NCBI GenBank assembly: GCA_049967855.1
Contig: JBMFRX010000001.1
Coordinates: forward strand, 96,001 to 160,000
Origin: Caldisericaceae bacterium
GTDB taxonomy: Bacteria > Caldisericota > Caldisericia > Caldisericales > Caldisericaceae
Reading direction: 5' to 3'
Length of the DNA: 64,000 bases
In this document: positions 28,852-37,498 of the stretch, piece after piece
Numbering within the stretch: the first letter of the stretch is position 1
Layout of the letters: the number at the start of each line of letters is the position of its first letter
The notes under the pieces: model-generated
What the model was told of the DNA's origin: nothing
Database searches by the model: none
The model's input: the letters and a program-made list of their open reading frames with translations, nothing else
Made by a program: the position numbers and the translations under genes

Positions 28852-29512
28852 GTTTGAGAATGGTATTTTTCAAAAACGTAAAGACTCAGTGGTGAGAGAA
28901 AGGATTCTAAATATTTTTGTGGGTGGAGAATTCTTGAACTCTATCATCTATTCGTCGGGATTCTCCAAGGAGCTTCTTTTTGGATACTTATACCTTGAAG
29001 GGCTTATCAATTCGGTTCACGATGTAACCGAATACAGAGAAACAGAAAGTGAATATTCCGTTAATTACTTCGTTGAAGTTAGAAAGTCGGAGATTGCCTC
29101 AATAAGCAAAGAAAGGATTACAGTGAACAGGAACACCCTGTTTAGCTTAATGGAAGAACTCCTGTCGAAAGGAGAAATATTCTCAAAAACTGGTGGCACG
29201 CATATCGCAGGATTAGCTGAAGATAACAAATTAAGTGTTTATTTCGAAGATATATCCCGACGAAGTGCAATACAGAAGTGCGTTGGTTTTTCAATCCTAA
29301 ACAAGCTAAGGCCTGACTTTCTTTTTCTAAGCGGAAGGGTTGGTTTTAATACGGTGCTTTATGCTAAACGTGCAGGTATAAATTTCATAGTCTCGCAATC
29401 ATCTGCCTCCGATCTTGCTATCAGGACAGCCACAAGTGAGGGTATAACGCTAATTGGTTTCCTGCGCGGAAAACGTTTCAATATTTATTCTCACGCTGAA
29501 TACGTTGAATAA
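28829..29512 (+). CDS. fdhD: FDH accessory sulfurtransferase FdhD-like, degenerate (start uncertain; ORF from 28802)
   Basis: ELLFGYLYLEG, FSKTGGTH, SGRV, DLAI..A..GITLIGFLRGKRFNIYS. Confidence 0.85.
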   Translation: MKEIEIIRFENGIFQKRKDSVVRERILNIFVGGEFLNSIIYSSGFSKELLFGYLYLEGLINSVHDVTEYRETESEYSVNYFVEVRKSEIASISKERITVNRNTLFSLMEELLSKGEIFSKTGGTHIAGLAEDNKLSVYFEDISRRSAIQKCVGFSILNKLRPDFLFLSGRVGFNTVLYAKRAGINFIVSQSSASDLAIRTATSEGITLIGFLRGKRFNIYSHAEYVE

Positions 29513-29681
29513 GTTTAGCTTAAATTCAATTACGCGAACTATTTTTAGTTGCTATTTTTGAACCACATTGTATGGAATTACTTGCCTTTGAGCCTTGTAT
29601 AAACTTTATAGTGAGTTTTATCTAAAACATTTTAACTGTTTTTATAGTGAAGAAGCAACATTCTTTTTTTAGGTTTTGAGG

Positions 29682-30809
29682 CTATCTCATAATCAGGTAG
29701 TATACATCTTTAAGATCGTTTGGAAGGATAACTGATTTTCTATCTGAAGTATGTGCACAATACAGAGTTGTGTAGCCATCATTTTCAACAATTACTATAG
29801 CATGGTCTGGTGAATCATTGCTGTTCCAATCAATCAATGCAATTGTCCCAGGAATTGACACCACTCTCGCTTCTGAAACCGAAGCATAGTATGTGGTGAC
29901 AAATGAAAATAAATCTATCCCGCCTTCTTCTCCGTCAGTAAAGTCAACGTAGTTCCAAGCAACTGCAGATGGATTCCAGGTGCTGCTGTATGGAACTCCT
30001 CCTGCGTGGAGTGACTGCGATGCGTAGTTTGCGCAATCATAACCTACTGCGAATTCATATTCTTGATTGTAAAACGCTGTGTCTTGATTTGTAGGGTCAC
30101 CTTCACAGCATATCTTGTTTGTGTTGGATGTATATGTCTTTGCATATTCTGAAGCTTTCTCTCCGCTATAGTTAATCCCTGACAGCCCTGTTTTAGCAAT
30201 GGTAAGCATAAGAGAAGATAGTGCATTGTTCATTTCTGATTTAATTTCTGCATCTGAAGGCAACTTCAAAGCGCTTTCTATTGTTTCATACATTCCACCT
30301 CTTGGTGTTTCTGCCAGCATTTCAATTTTGCCATCTTTATATTCGACTTTGATTCTGATGTATGCTTCAAGCCCGTCCTTGATGTATCTCTCAATTGCCG
30401 ACCTATAATTTGCTTCATAGTTGTTAATAAAAGACTCTTCCACAGGCAGCAACTGATTATTTTTCTTAAAATTCTCAATTGCCAAAATGACAGGATGAAG
30501 TGAGGAGTTTTTGATTTTTAGCTTCAGATTCAAATTTACCAGCACTACTAGATTGTACGAATTACCGTCTGTCTCGAAGCTCTCTTTATTGAGAGAGACA
30601 CTTGCTGTGTATATTGGGCTGTAATGTGCAATAAGGTAATTCTTCACATAATCTTCAAGGTAATTCTCGTCAACCTCTTCAAATTGCAAGGTATGGTTAT
30701 CTGCAGGAGAATCTCCCTCCAGAGTGCTGTTGTGGAAAATGATTCCTGTTCCTCCAAGAACAAGAGTCATTATTATAGTAATTATTAGAGAAATATTTAG
30801 TTTCTTCAT
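29682..30809 (-). CDS. membrane-anchored or secreted protein with C-terminal Amidase_6-like (NlpC/P60-type) domain
   Basis: N-terminal hydrophobic helix; Y.GEKASEYA, DCANYASQSLHAGG, DHAIVIV, YCAHTSDR. Confidence 0.78.
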   Translation of the reverse strand: MKKLNISLIITIIMTLVLGGTGIIFHNSTLEGDSPADNHTLQFEEVDENYLEDYVKNYLIAHYSPIYTASVSLNKESFETDGNSYNLVVLVNLNLKLKIKNSSLHPVILAIENFKKNNQLLPVEESFINNYEANYRSAIERYIKDGLEAYIRIKVEYKDGKIEMLAETPRGGMYETIESALKLPSDAEIKSEMNNALSSLMLTIAKTGLSGINYSGEKASEYAKTYTSNTNKICCEGDPTNQDTAFYNQEYEFAVGYDCANYASQSLHAGGVPYSSTWNPSAVAWNYVDFTDGEEGGIDLFSFVTTYYASVSEARVVSIPGTIALIDWNSNDSPDHAIVIVENDGYTTLYCAHTSDRKSVILPNDLKDVYYLIMR

Positions 30810-30895
30810 TAAATTTAATTATAATAAACAATAGTGTATAAAATATGAAGAGAGTTTTGCTTTAAGTTATTCGAAATGTTAGTATAATATTAAAT

Positions 30896-31771
30896 ATGGA
30901 AATATACCACACGCCGGTTTTGTTGGAAGAAAGCATCGAACTGTTAAACATAGCAAGAGGAAACACTGTATTAGATGCAACAGTAGGAGAAGGCGGGCAC
31001 AGCGTTGAGTTGCTTAAGCGAATTGGACCAGAAGGCCTCCTTGTTGGGATTGACCTTGATACCGAAGGCCTCAAAAAAGCTTCGAGCCGCCTAAGAGAAA
31101 TCGGAAACAACTTTGTACTGATAGAAGGTAACTTCCGTGACTTAATAGTTAATATTAAACCTATAGTGTCTCGGGTCGACGCAATTATAGCAGATTTAGG
31201 TTTATCGTCTCTACAGCTTGAAGAAGGATACAGAGGTTTTAGTTTTATGAAGGAAGGCCCTCTCGATATGAGAATGTGTCCCCCGTGCACACGTTGCTCA
31301 GCGTACGATGTTGTTAACAGCTTTAAAGAAGATGAAATTGCGGATATACTTTTCTATTACGGCGAAGAATTAAATGCAAGGAAAATAGCAAATAGAATTG
31401 TTTCCGAGCGTAAGATTGCACCAATTGCAACCACAACACAGCTTTCAGAACTTGTAAAAGGCGTTTTTCCTAGAAGCTACTACAGAATTAATCCTGCAAC
31501 AAAGACGTTTCAAGCATTGAGGATTTTTGTAAACGGAGAAATTGATAATCTCAAACGTTTCCTGAAAGATGCGCCAGATGTTTTAATTTCAAAGGGACGT
31601 ATTGCAGTTATTTCATATCATTCCCTTGAAGATAGGCTTGTTAAGGAAGCATTCAGAAATGATTCCAGGTTAAGCAGAATAAATAAGCACGTAATAGTTC
31701 CAGGAAAGGAAGAAGTGCTTGCAAATAGAAGGTCGCGAAGCGCAAAATTGAGGGTTGCCGAAAAAGTATGA
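30896..31771 (+). CDS. rsmH: 16S rRNA m4C1402 methyltransferase
   Basis: HTPVLLEE, DATVGEGGHS, DLGLSS.QL, PLDMRM, TFQALRIFVN, SYHSLEDR, RSRSAKLR. Confidence 0.97.
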   Translation: MEIYHTPVLLEESIELLNIARGNTVLDATVGEGGHSVELLKRIGPEGLLVGIDLDTEGLKKASSRLREIGNNFVLIEGNFRDLIVNIKPIVSRVDAIIADLGLSSLQLEEGYRGFSFMKEGPLDMRMCPPCTRCSAYDVVNSFKEDEIADILFYYGEELNARKIANRIVSERKIAPIATTTQLSELVKGVFPRSYYRINPATKTFQALRIFVNGEIDNLKRFLKDAPDVLISKGRIAVISYHSLEDRLVKEAFRNDSRLSRINKHVIVPGKEEVLANRRSRSAKLRVAEKV

Positions 31772-32031
31772 AGAAAAATGTTGTTTTAATTTTTGTGGTT
31801 TTGGTTTTATTCTTGTGCTATGGAGCGGTTTATCTTTCTACCGTAAGATTGCAGAGACAGCTTGATGCAATTAATAAACAATTAGACTCTCTTTCTTTTG
31901 AACAAGAGGCTTTGAGAGAACAATTGTTTTACTATTCGTCTCCTGAGAGAATAAATGAGATTGCAACCAAAAAACTGGGAATGATTGCTCCCAAGAATTT
32001 TTATATTGTTGATTTGGAACATGGAAAATAG
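31768..32031 (+). CDS. ftsL: cell division protein FtsL-like
   Basis: TM, coiled coil and SPERI..IA..KLGM; lies between rsmH and the PBP gene. Confidence 0.8.
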   Translation: MKKNVVLIFVVLVLFLCYGAVYLSTVRLQRQLDAINKQLDSLSFEQEALREQLFYYSSPERINEIATKKLGMIAPKNFYIVDLEHGK

Positions 32032-33718
32032 AGAAGACTCTTTTCTTAAAAGAATTAGGCTTGTTTTCTACCTGATTATTTTTTTGCTTGCTCTAATATT
32101 TGTTAGACTTATTCTCATTCAGGTAGTTGAAAGACCGAATTTCCTTGCCGAACTTTCACCGCAAATTGACACCCAGTACGATACTATAAAGGCAGAACGT
32201 GGTGACATTTTGGATAGAAATGGCAGATATCTTGCCGTAAGCAGGACTTTTTTCCAGCTTGATGTCAACCCGTCATTTCTGAGCAGTGCCGAAAAGGGCA
32301 TTCTCAAAAATGATTTGCCGAAGATTTTGGGAGTGACCTCAAGCTATGTCAATAAACTTCTGTCTGAAACTCAATACACTTTGGTTTCATCTTCCCTTAC
32401 GAATGAGCAAAAAAGCAAAATCGAACAACTCGGCATTGCTAATGGTATCTCATTCACAAAGGTAGTTAAAAGGACTTATCCTTTAGGCGATTATTCTTCA
32501 ACTATTCTTGGTGCAGTTGGTCTTGATGGTAATGGACTTTCAGGAGCAGAGCTTTATTTTGAGTCTTATCTCCAGGGACTGAACGGAAGGGTTTTTAGAG
32601 ATTTTACATCTACAAAGCCTTTATTGCCAGGAGAAACATCTTTCTCTGTTCAGCCTGTCAAAGGCGACAATGTAACTTTGACTATTGATTCGAATGTTCA
32701 GTATGAGGTTCAAAATCTGCTTGAAGATAAAGTGAAAGAAGTGTCAGCGAAACGTGGGCTTGCAATGGTAATGGATGTCCACTCAGGAGAGATACTTGCT
32801 TTGGCAAATTATCCGACATTTGATCCAACTAGTCTCGCTGGTTTTTCCAATGCTACCAATATGGCAGTCAACTACAACTATGAGCCTGGTTCGGTCATAA
32901 AGCCGATTGTTGCGGCAATTGCGCTCGAAAACGGAACTCTTCATACAGATGATAGTTTTTATTGTAGTGGCAGCATAAGAGTAAAAGACCGTGTCATAAA
33001 CTGCTGGCAGAAACACGGAGAGGAGCACGGCTTAAACGAAATTATGAAAAATTCCTGCGATGTTGCATTTGTTCAAATTGGGCTTAAACTTGGAAAAGAA
33101 AAGCTTCTCGAAGGATTCAAATCTTTTGGCTTTGGAGAGCCTACAGGCATAGAGTTGCCTTCAGAGGAAAAAGGTATCATTCAGGATGTCAATAACGTTG
33201 GGGATGTGGAGCTTGCAAATATGTCCTTTGGACAGGGTATCGCAGTAACCCCATTGCAACTTATCTCGGCTTTTCAGGCGATTGCTAACAAAGGAGTTCA
33301 GCTGAAACCGACCATTGTAAAGAGCATCAAGGACTCAAATGGCAATATGGTTTTTCAGTCTAAGCCACTGGTGGAACGCTCGGTTGTCTCTGAAGAAACA
33401 GCTTCAAAAGTGATGGATTCGTTGAGAGCCGTTGTACAAGATGGTGGAGTGCCTCAAGCAAAAATTTCAGGGTATGTTGTAGCTGGCAAAACGGGGACAG
33501 CTCAAAAAGTTTTACCCTCAGGAGGATACTCAAGCCAGAAGCTTATCTACAGTTTCTGCGGTTTGCTTCCTGGGGATAACCCTGAGTTTGCAGTTCTTGT
33601 TGTCCTTGATGAAACACCGAATCCTACATATTCTTTGAATTTAACTGCCCCCTTATTCAAGCAAATTGGAGATTACTTAATACGATATGAAAGAATTGAA
33701 AAGTCAACCCCTCAATAG
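32021..33718 (+). CDS. ftsI: class B penicillin-binding protein (FtsI/SpoVD family)
   Basis: RGDILDRNG, G.SGAE, YEPGSVIK (SxxK), SCD, SFGQG, AGKTGTAQK. Confidence 0.9.
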   Translation: MENREDSFLKRIRLVFYLIIFLLALIFVRLILIQVVERPNFLAELSPQIDTQYDTIKAERGDILDRNGRYLAVSRTFFQLDVNPSFLSSAEKGILKNDLPKILGVTSSYVNKLLSETQYTLVSSSLTNEQKSKIEQLGIANGISFTKVVKRTYPLGDYSSTILGAVGLDGNGLSGAELYFESYLQGLNGRVFRDFTSTKPLLPGETSFSVQPVKGDNVTLTIDSNVQYEVQNLLEDKVKEVSAKRGLAMVMDVHSGEILALANYPTFDPTSLAGFSNATNMAVNYNYEPGSVIKPIVAAIALENGTLHTDDSFYCSGSIRVKDRVINCWQKHGEEHGLNEIMKNSCDVAFVQIGLKLGKEKLLEGFKSFGFGEPTGIELPSEEKGIIQDVNNVGDVELANMSFGQGIAVTPLQLISAFQAIANKGVQLKPTIVKSIKDSNGNMVFQSKPLVERSVVSEETASKVMDSLRAVVQDGGVPQAKISGYVVAGKTGTAQKVLPSGGYSSQKLIYSFCGLLPGDNPEFAVLVVLDETPNPTYSLNLTAPLFKQIGDYLIRYERIEKSTPQ

Positions 33719-33735
33719 AAAAGGGAAAATGAATT

Positions 33736-35187
33736 ATGAATGGGAATGAAATTAAAAACTACTTCAGAGAATTCAACTGCTCTCAGAATTTGCAAAGGTC
33801 AATTTCTGGAATTTCAATTGATACCAGGAGTTTAAAACCTGGGGATTTGTTCATTGCTATCCGTGGAGAAAGCTTTGACTCACATCTTGCGATTGATGAA
33901 GCTATCCAAAGAGGCGCTTCTGGGGTAGTACTCGAAGAAGACAGGGAAATCCCAGAAAACCTCTTGAAAGCAAAAGTGGCTGACTCACGTGTAGCCTATG
34001 CTTTAATTTCAGCGCTTTTTTTCAATTTTCCATCTGAGAAGCTCAAACTCGTTGGCATCACGGGAACAAGTGGAAAAACTACTACTGCCTTCTTACTTTA
34101 TAAATTATTCAACAGTCTTGGTATCAATTCTGGTTTTATTGGAACCCTGGGTGTTGGCATTAACGGTAATTTCACCAGAATGGAATTGTTTCCTCCGACA
34201 ACTCCTGATGCATTTAATTTAAGTGAAATTCTTGCAAAGATGGTATCAGACAATGTCAAATACGTATTCTTAGAAGTAACGTCGCATGGAATTAAACAGA
34301 AGAGAGTATATGGCAATAAGTTTGCATACAAAATCCTCACAACAATGGGGGTCGACCACCTTGATTATCATAAAACCTATGAAGATTACTTGGAAACAAA
34401 ACTTTCTTTCTTCAGCGACTCAGGCTACACCGCTATACTGAACAGCGACAGCAAGGAGATTGATAAATTCTTTTCTGTCTGTAAAGCAAGGAAACTAACG
34501 TATGGGATACGTAACTCGTCTGATTTTATGGCAGATAACATCGTTTTTGATGAACAACGCTCTTCTTTTTTGCTCACTGCTAATGACGGTAAGTCAATTG
34601 AAATCGAGTTGCCGATCGGTGGCTATTTTAATGTGTATAATTTCCTGGCAGTTTCTTCTTTAGCCTTTAACGAGGGTATATCCCTTAAGTCGTTGCAGGA
34701 ATTTGCATCGCACGCACCTTTGATTGCAGGAAGACTGGAATTCCATAAAATAAATGGGCGTACTGTAGTTGTTGATTTTGCTCATAACCCTTTTGAGATA
34801 GGTGAAGTGTTGCATTTTTTACGCAGTGTAAAATCAAATGGAAGGCTAATTACTGTTGTCGGGCCTGTCGGCGGTTCTGCAAAGGAAAAACGTATTGAAA
34901 TAGGAAGAGTTGCTTCAAGCTTGAGCGACTACGTTTTTATTACAACTGATGACCCTCGTGGCGACAGTCCAGAGGAACTTGCCTTTGATGCTTTTCAGGG
35001 AGTAAACGGCAACGGGGAGGTTTATGTGGATAGAAGTGAAGCTATAAGGAAAGCCTGCAAATTGTCAATATCAAATGATACGATTGCTTTGCTTGGCAGA
35101 GGCGACGAGGAAGAAATGCACTTGAAAGAGGGAATCCAATTTTTCAAAGATATAGAAATCGCCCAGGAGGCCCTTCGTGAAGGTTGA
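33736..35187 (+). CDS. murE: UDP-MurNAc-tripeptide synthetase
   Basis: GITGTSGKTT, TTPDA, EVTSHG, DHLDYH, GRLE, VDFAHNP, DDPR. Confidence 0.93.
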   Translation: MNGNEIKNYFREFNCSQNLQRSISGISIDTRSLKPGDLFIAIRGESFDSHLAIDEAIQRGASGVVLEEDREIPENLLKAKVADSRVAYALISALFFNFPSEKLKLVGITGTSGKTTTAFLLYKLFNSLGINSGFIGTLGVGINGNFTRMELFPPTTPDAFNLSEILAKMVSDNVKYVFLEVTSHGIKQKRVYGNKFAYKILTTMGVDHLDYHKTYEDYLETKLSFFSDSGYTAILNSDSKEIDKFFSVCKARKLTYGIRNSSDFMADNIVFDEQRSSFLLTANDGKSIEIELPIGGYFNVYNFLAVSSLAFNEGISLKSLQEFASHAPLIAGRLEFHKINGRTVVVDFAHNPFEIGEVLHFLRSVKSNGRLITVVGPVGGSAKEKRIEIGRVASSLSDYVFITTDDPRGDSPEELAFDAFQGVNGNGEVYVDRSEAIRKACKLSISNDTIALLGRGDEEEMHLKEGIQFFKDIEIAQEALREG

Positions 35188-36559
35188 TTTATCCAAGTTT
35201 TTCAACTCATACGGTGGATACCTTTCTAAGCAGCCAGATTTTTCAAAGTTTGGCAAGTTTGTGATTGATTCAAGAAATGCGCAGGAAGGAGATATTTTTG
35301 TAGCTTTAAAGGGCAATAATACAGATGGGCACAAGTTTGTTCACGAAGTAATTGATAAAGGAGTATCAGGGGTAATTGTGGAACATAAAATGGAAATTGA
35401 ACATAGCTTCCAATACGTTGTTCATTCAACAACCGACTTCCTTATTGAACTTGGTGCTTACGTTAGAGAAAATTTTAAGGGAGACTTCATTGGAATAACT
35501 GGGAGCTCAGGGAAAACCACTACCAAAGAATTACTGGGTCTCATTCTGTCAACAAAATTTTCAATTTCTAAGGCTTTTGCGAATATGAATACTGATATTT
35601 CGTTGCCTCTCTTCTTAATAAACGATGCAGACCCTGACAGTGATTTTGTTATACTCGAACTTGGCGTTCAAAAACCTGGAGATATGGATAGATTACTGAA
35701 AATTTCGAAACCCAGTGAAGGCATAATTTTGAATATTGGAGACTCTCATTTGGAATACTTGAAAGATACGAAAGGCGTGTTGAAGGAGAAAATTAAGCTT
35801 GCATATTTTGTAGCAAGCAGAGGAGGAAAAGTTTTCCTTAATTCAGATGATCATTTATTAAAGTCTTATGGTGATAAGATTGTCCCAGAGCCAATATATT
35901 TTGGTTTAAATGGAGAGGCTCACGTAAAAGGTTTCGTAGAGGATATGTCTCTCGGTCATATGAGGATGAGATTTGAAAAGGACCTTGAGACAGTAGATGA
36001 GGTTTTTCCTTTTTCTGGAGTAAACCTTGCGATGGATATGCTTGCCGCAGTGGCGCTTGCGGCATATTCGGGTTTTTCACTGCAGGATGCCGTTTCTCCT
36101 TTAAAAACATTCGAGCCTGTGAAGGGCAGAGGTAATTTAATCAACTTGGCTCATAACATAACATTGGTCGACGAAACTTATAACTCTAACCCTCTGTCTG
36201 CTGTAGTATCTCTTGAAGCACTTAAGAGCAGGAAAGACCGTAAACTTGTTGTAATATTGGGTGATATGCTTGAACTTGGCGACGAGTCCATTTCAGGGCA
36301 TGCTAAAGTAGGTAAAGCAATATTGCAGCTCAGACCAGACATTCTTGTTACATATGGCAGTTTCAGCAAGGAAATTGCAAGAATTGCCAGAGATGGCGGT
36401 TTGGAAAACGTGTTTTCATTTGAGAACAGGACGGAAATTATGAATTTTCTGAAAGAGCTTGAAATTTTTGAAAATTCCATTATATTCGTCAAGGGTTCAC
36501 GAGGAATGAAAATGGAAGAATTTGTCGAGACGATAATAGAGAGGTTTAGAAATGAGTAG
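35177..36559 (+). CDS. murF: UDP-MurNAc-pentapeptide synthetase
   Basis: IDSR, DGHKF, GITGSSGKTTTKE, DETYNSNP, LGDMLELG, VKGSRGM. Confidence 0.95.
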   Translation: MKVDLSKFFNSYGGYLSKQPDFSKFGKFVIDSRNAQEGDIFVALKGNNTDGHKFVHEVIDKGVSGVIVEHKMEIEHSFQYVVHSTTDFLIELGAYVRENFKGDFIGITGSSGKTTTKELLGLILSTKFSISKAFANMNTDISLPLFLINDADPDSDFVILELGVQKPGDMDRLLKISKPSEGIILNIGDSHLEYLKDTKGVLKEKIKLAYFVASRGGKVFLNSDDHLLKSYGDKIVPEPIYFGLNGEAHVKGFVEDMSLGHMRMRFEKDLETVDEVFPFSGVNLAMDMLAAVALAAYSGFSLQDAVSPLKTFEPVKGRGNLINLAHNITLVDETYNSNPLSAVVSLEALKSRKDRKLVVILGDMLELGDESISGHAKVGKAILQLRPDILVTYGSFSKEIARIARDGGLENVFSFENRTEIMNFLKELEIFENSIIFVKGSRGMKMEEFVETIIERFRNE

Positions 36560-37484
36560 GCAAACGCTTATTATACTTTTTATAGTCAGTTTTCTTGTGT
36601 CTTTTGTCTTTCTTAAGCTGTATATTCCTTTTTTGAGGAAGCGTCATTTTGTGCAGTTTGTCCGTGACGAAGGTGTTAAAGTACACAAGGCAAAAGAAGG
36701 TACTCCAAGAGGTGGAGGGCTCGTTTTCTTACTTGCTCCATTATTTCTTATCCCGTTTTACCATAGCAGTCAGTTCTTTTTTCTTATTTTTGCACTATTT
36801 ACATTTGGCGCGATAGGGGCAATAGACGACCTAAAGAGTATTACTAACAAGGAATCAATGGGTCTTTCAATTAGGAGCAAGCTGATTCTCTACACTTTAA
36901 GTTCTGTTGCTCTATTTTTTATTGGTAGGAACAACCTATCGTTTAGCGTTGAGATTGCTTCCCTTAAAATTCAACTTGGCGGCATTCTTTATTTCTTGCT
37001 TTTTATTGCAATAATGCTTGGTTCTGCAAATGCTTTCAACCTTACGGACGGAGTTGATGGATTGCTTGGGAGCGTTTCTTTGCCTATTTTTCTTACCGTT
37101 ATGCTTATAACTTCTGGAGTGATAAGAGATTTTTCGTTGATGCTTATTAGTACTATCCTGGTGTTTCTGTGGTTTAACAGTCCCAAGGCGTCAGTTTTTA
37201 TGGGAGATAGTGGAGCTAGTGCTCTTGGAGGTATAGCTGGTGCGATGGCTATACTTGGCAAATTTGAATTACTGTTTGTGCTCATTGCAATAATCCCTGT
37301 TGTTGAAGCTTTATCAGTGTTCATACAGGTTGGTTATTTCAAGTTGACGCATGGGAAAAGAGTTTTCAAGATGGCTCCCATTCACCATCATTTTGAACTT
37401 TCAGGATGGAGTGAACCAAAAATTGATTTTAGGTTCTTTATTGTGACCGTGATTTTTTGTGCAATAGCTTTGTTGTTAAGATAA
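36552..37484 (+). CDS. mraY: phospho-MurNAc-pentapeptide transferase
   Basis: K.GTP.GGG, IDD, NAFNLTDGVDGL, FMGDSG, FKMAPIHHHFE. Confidence 0.96.
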   Translation: MSRQTLIILFIVSFLVSFVFLKLYIPFLRKRHFVQFVRDEGVKVHKAKEGTPRGGGLVFLLAPLFLIPFYHSSQFFFLIFALFTFGAIGAIDDLKSITNKESMGLSIRSKLILYTLSSVALFFIGRNNLSFSVEIASLKIQLGGILYFLLFIAIMLGSANAFNLTDGVDGLLGSVSLPIFLTVMLITSGVIRDFSLMLISTILVFLWFNSPKASVFMGDSGASALGGIAGAMAILGKFELLFVLIAIIPVVEALSVFIQVGYFKLTHGKRVFKMAPIHHHFELSGWSEPKIDFRFFIVTVIFCAIALLLR

Positions 37485-37498
37485 AGGAGCTGGGTTAA

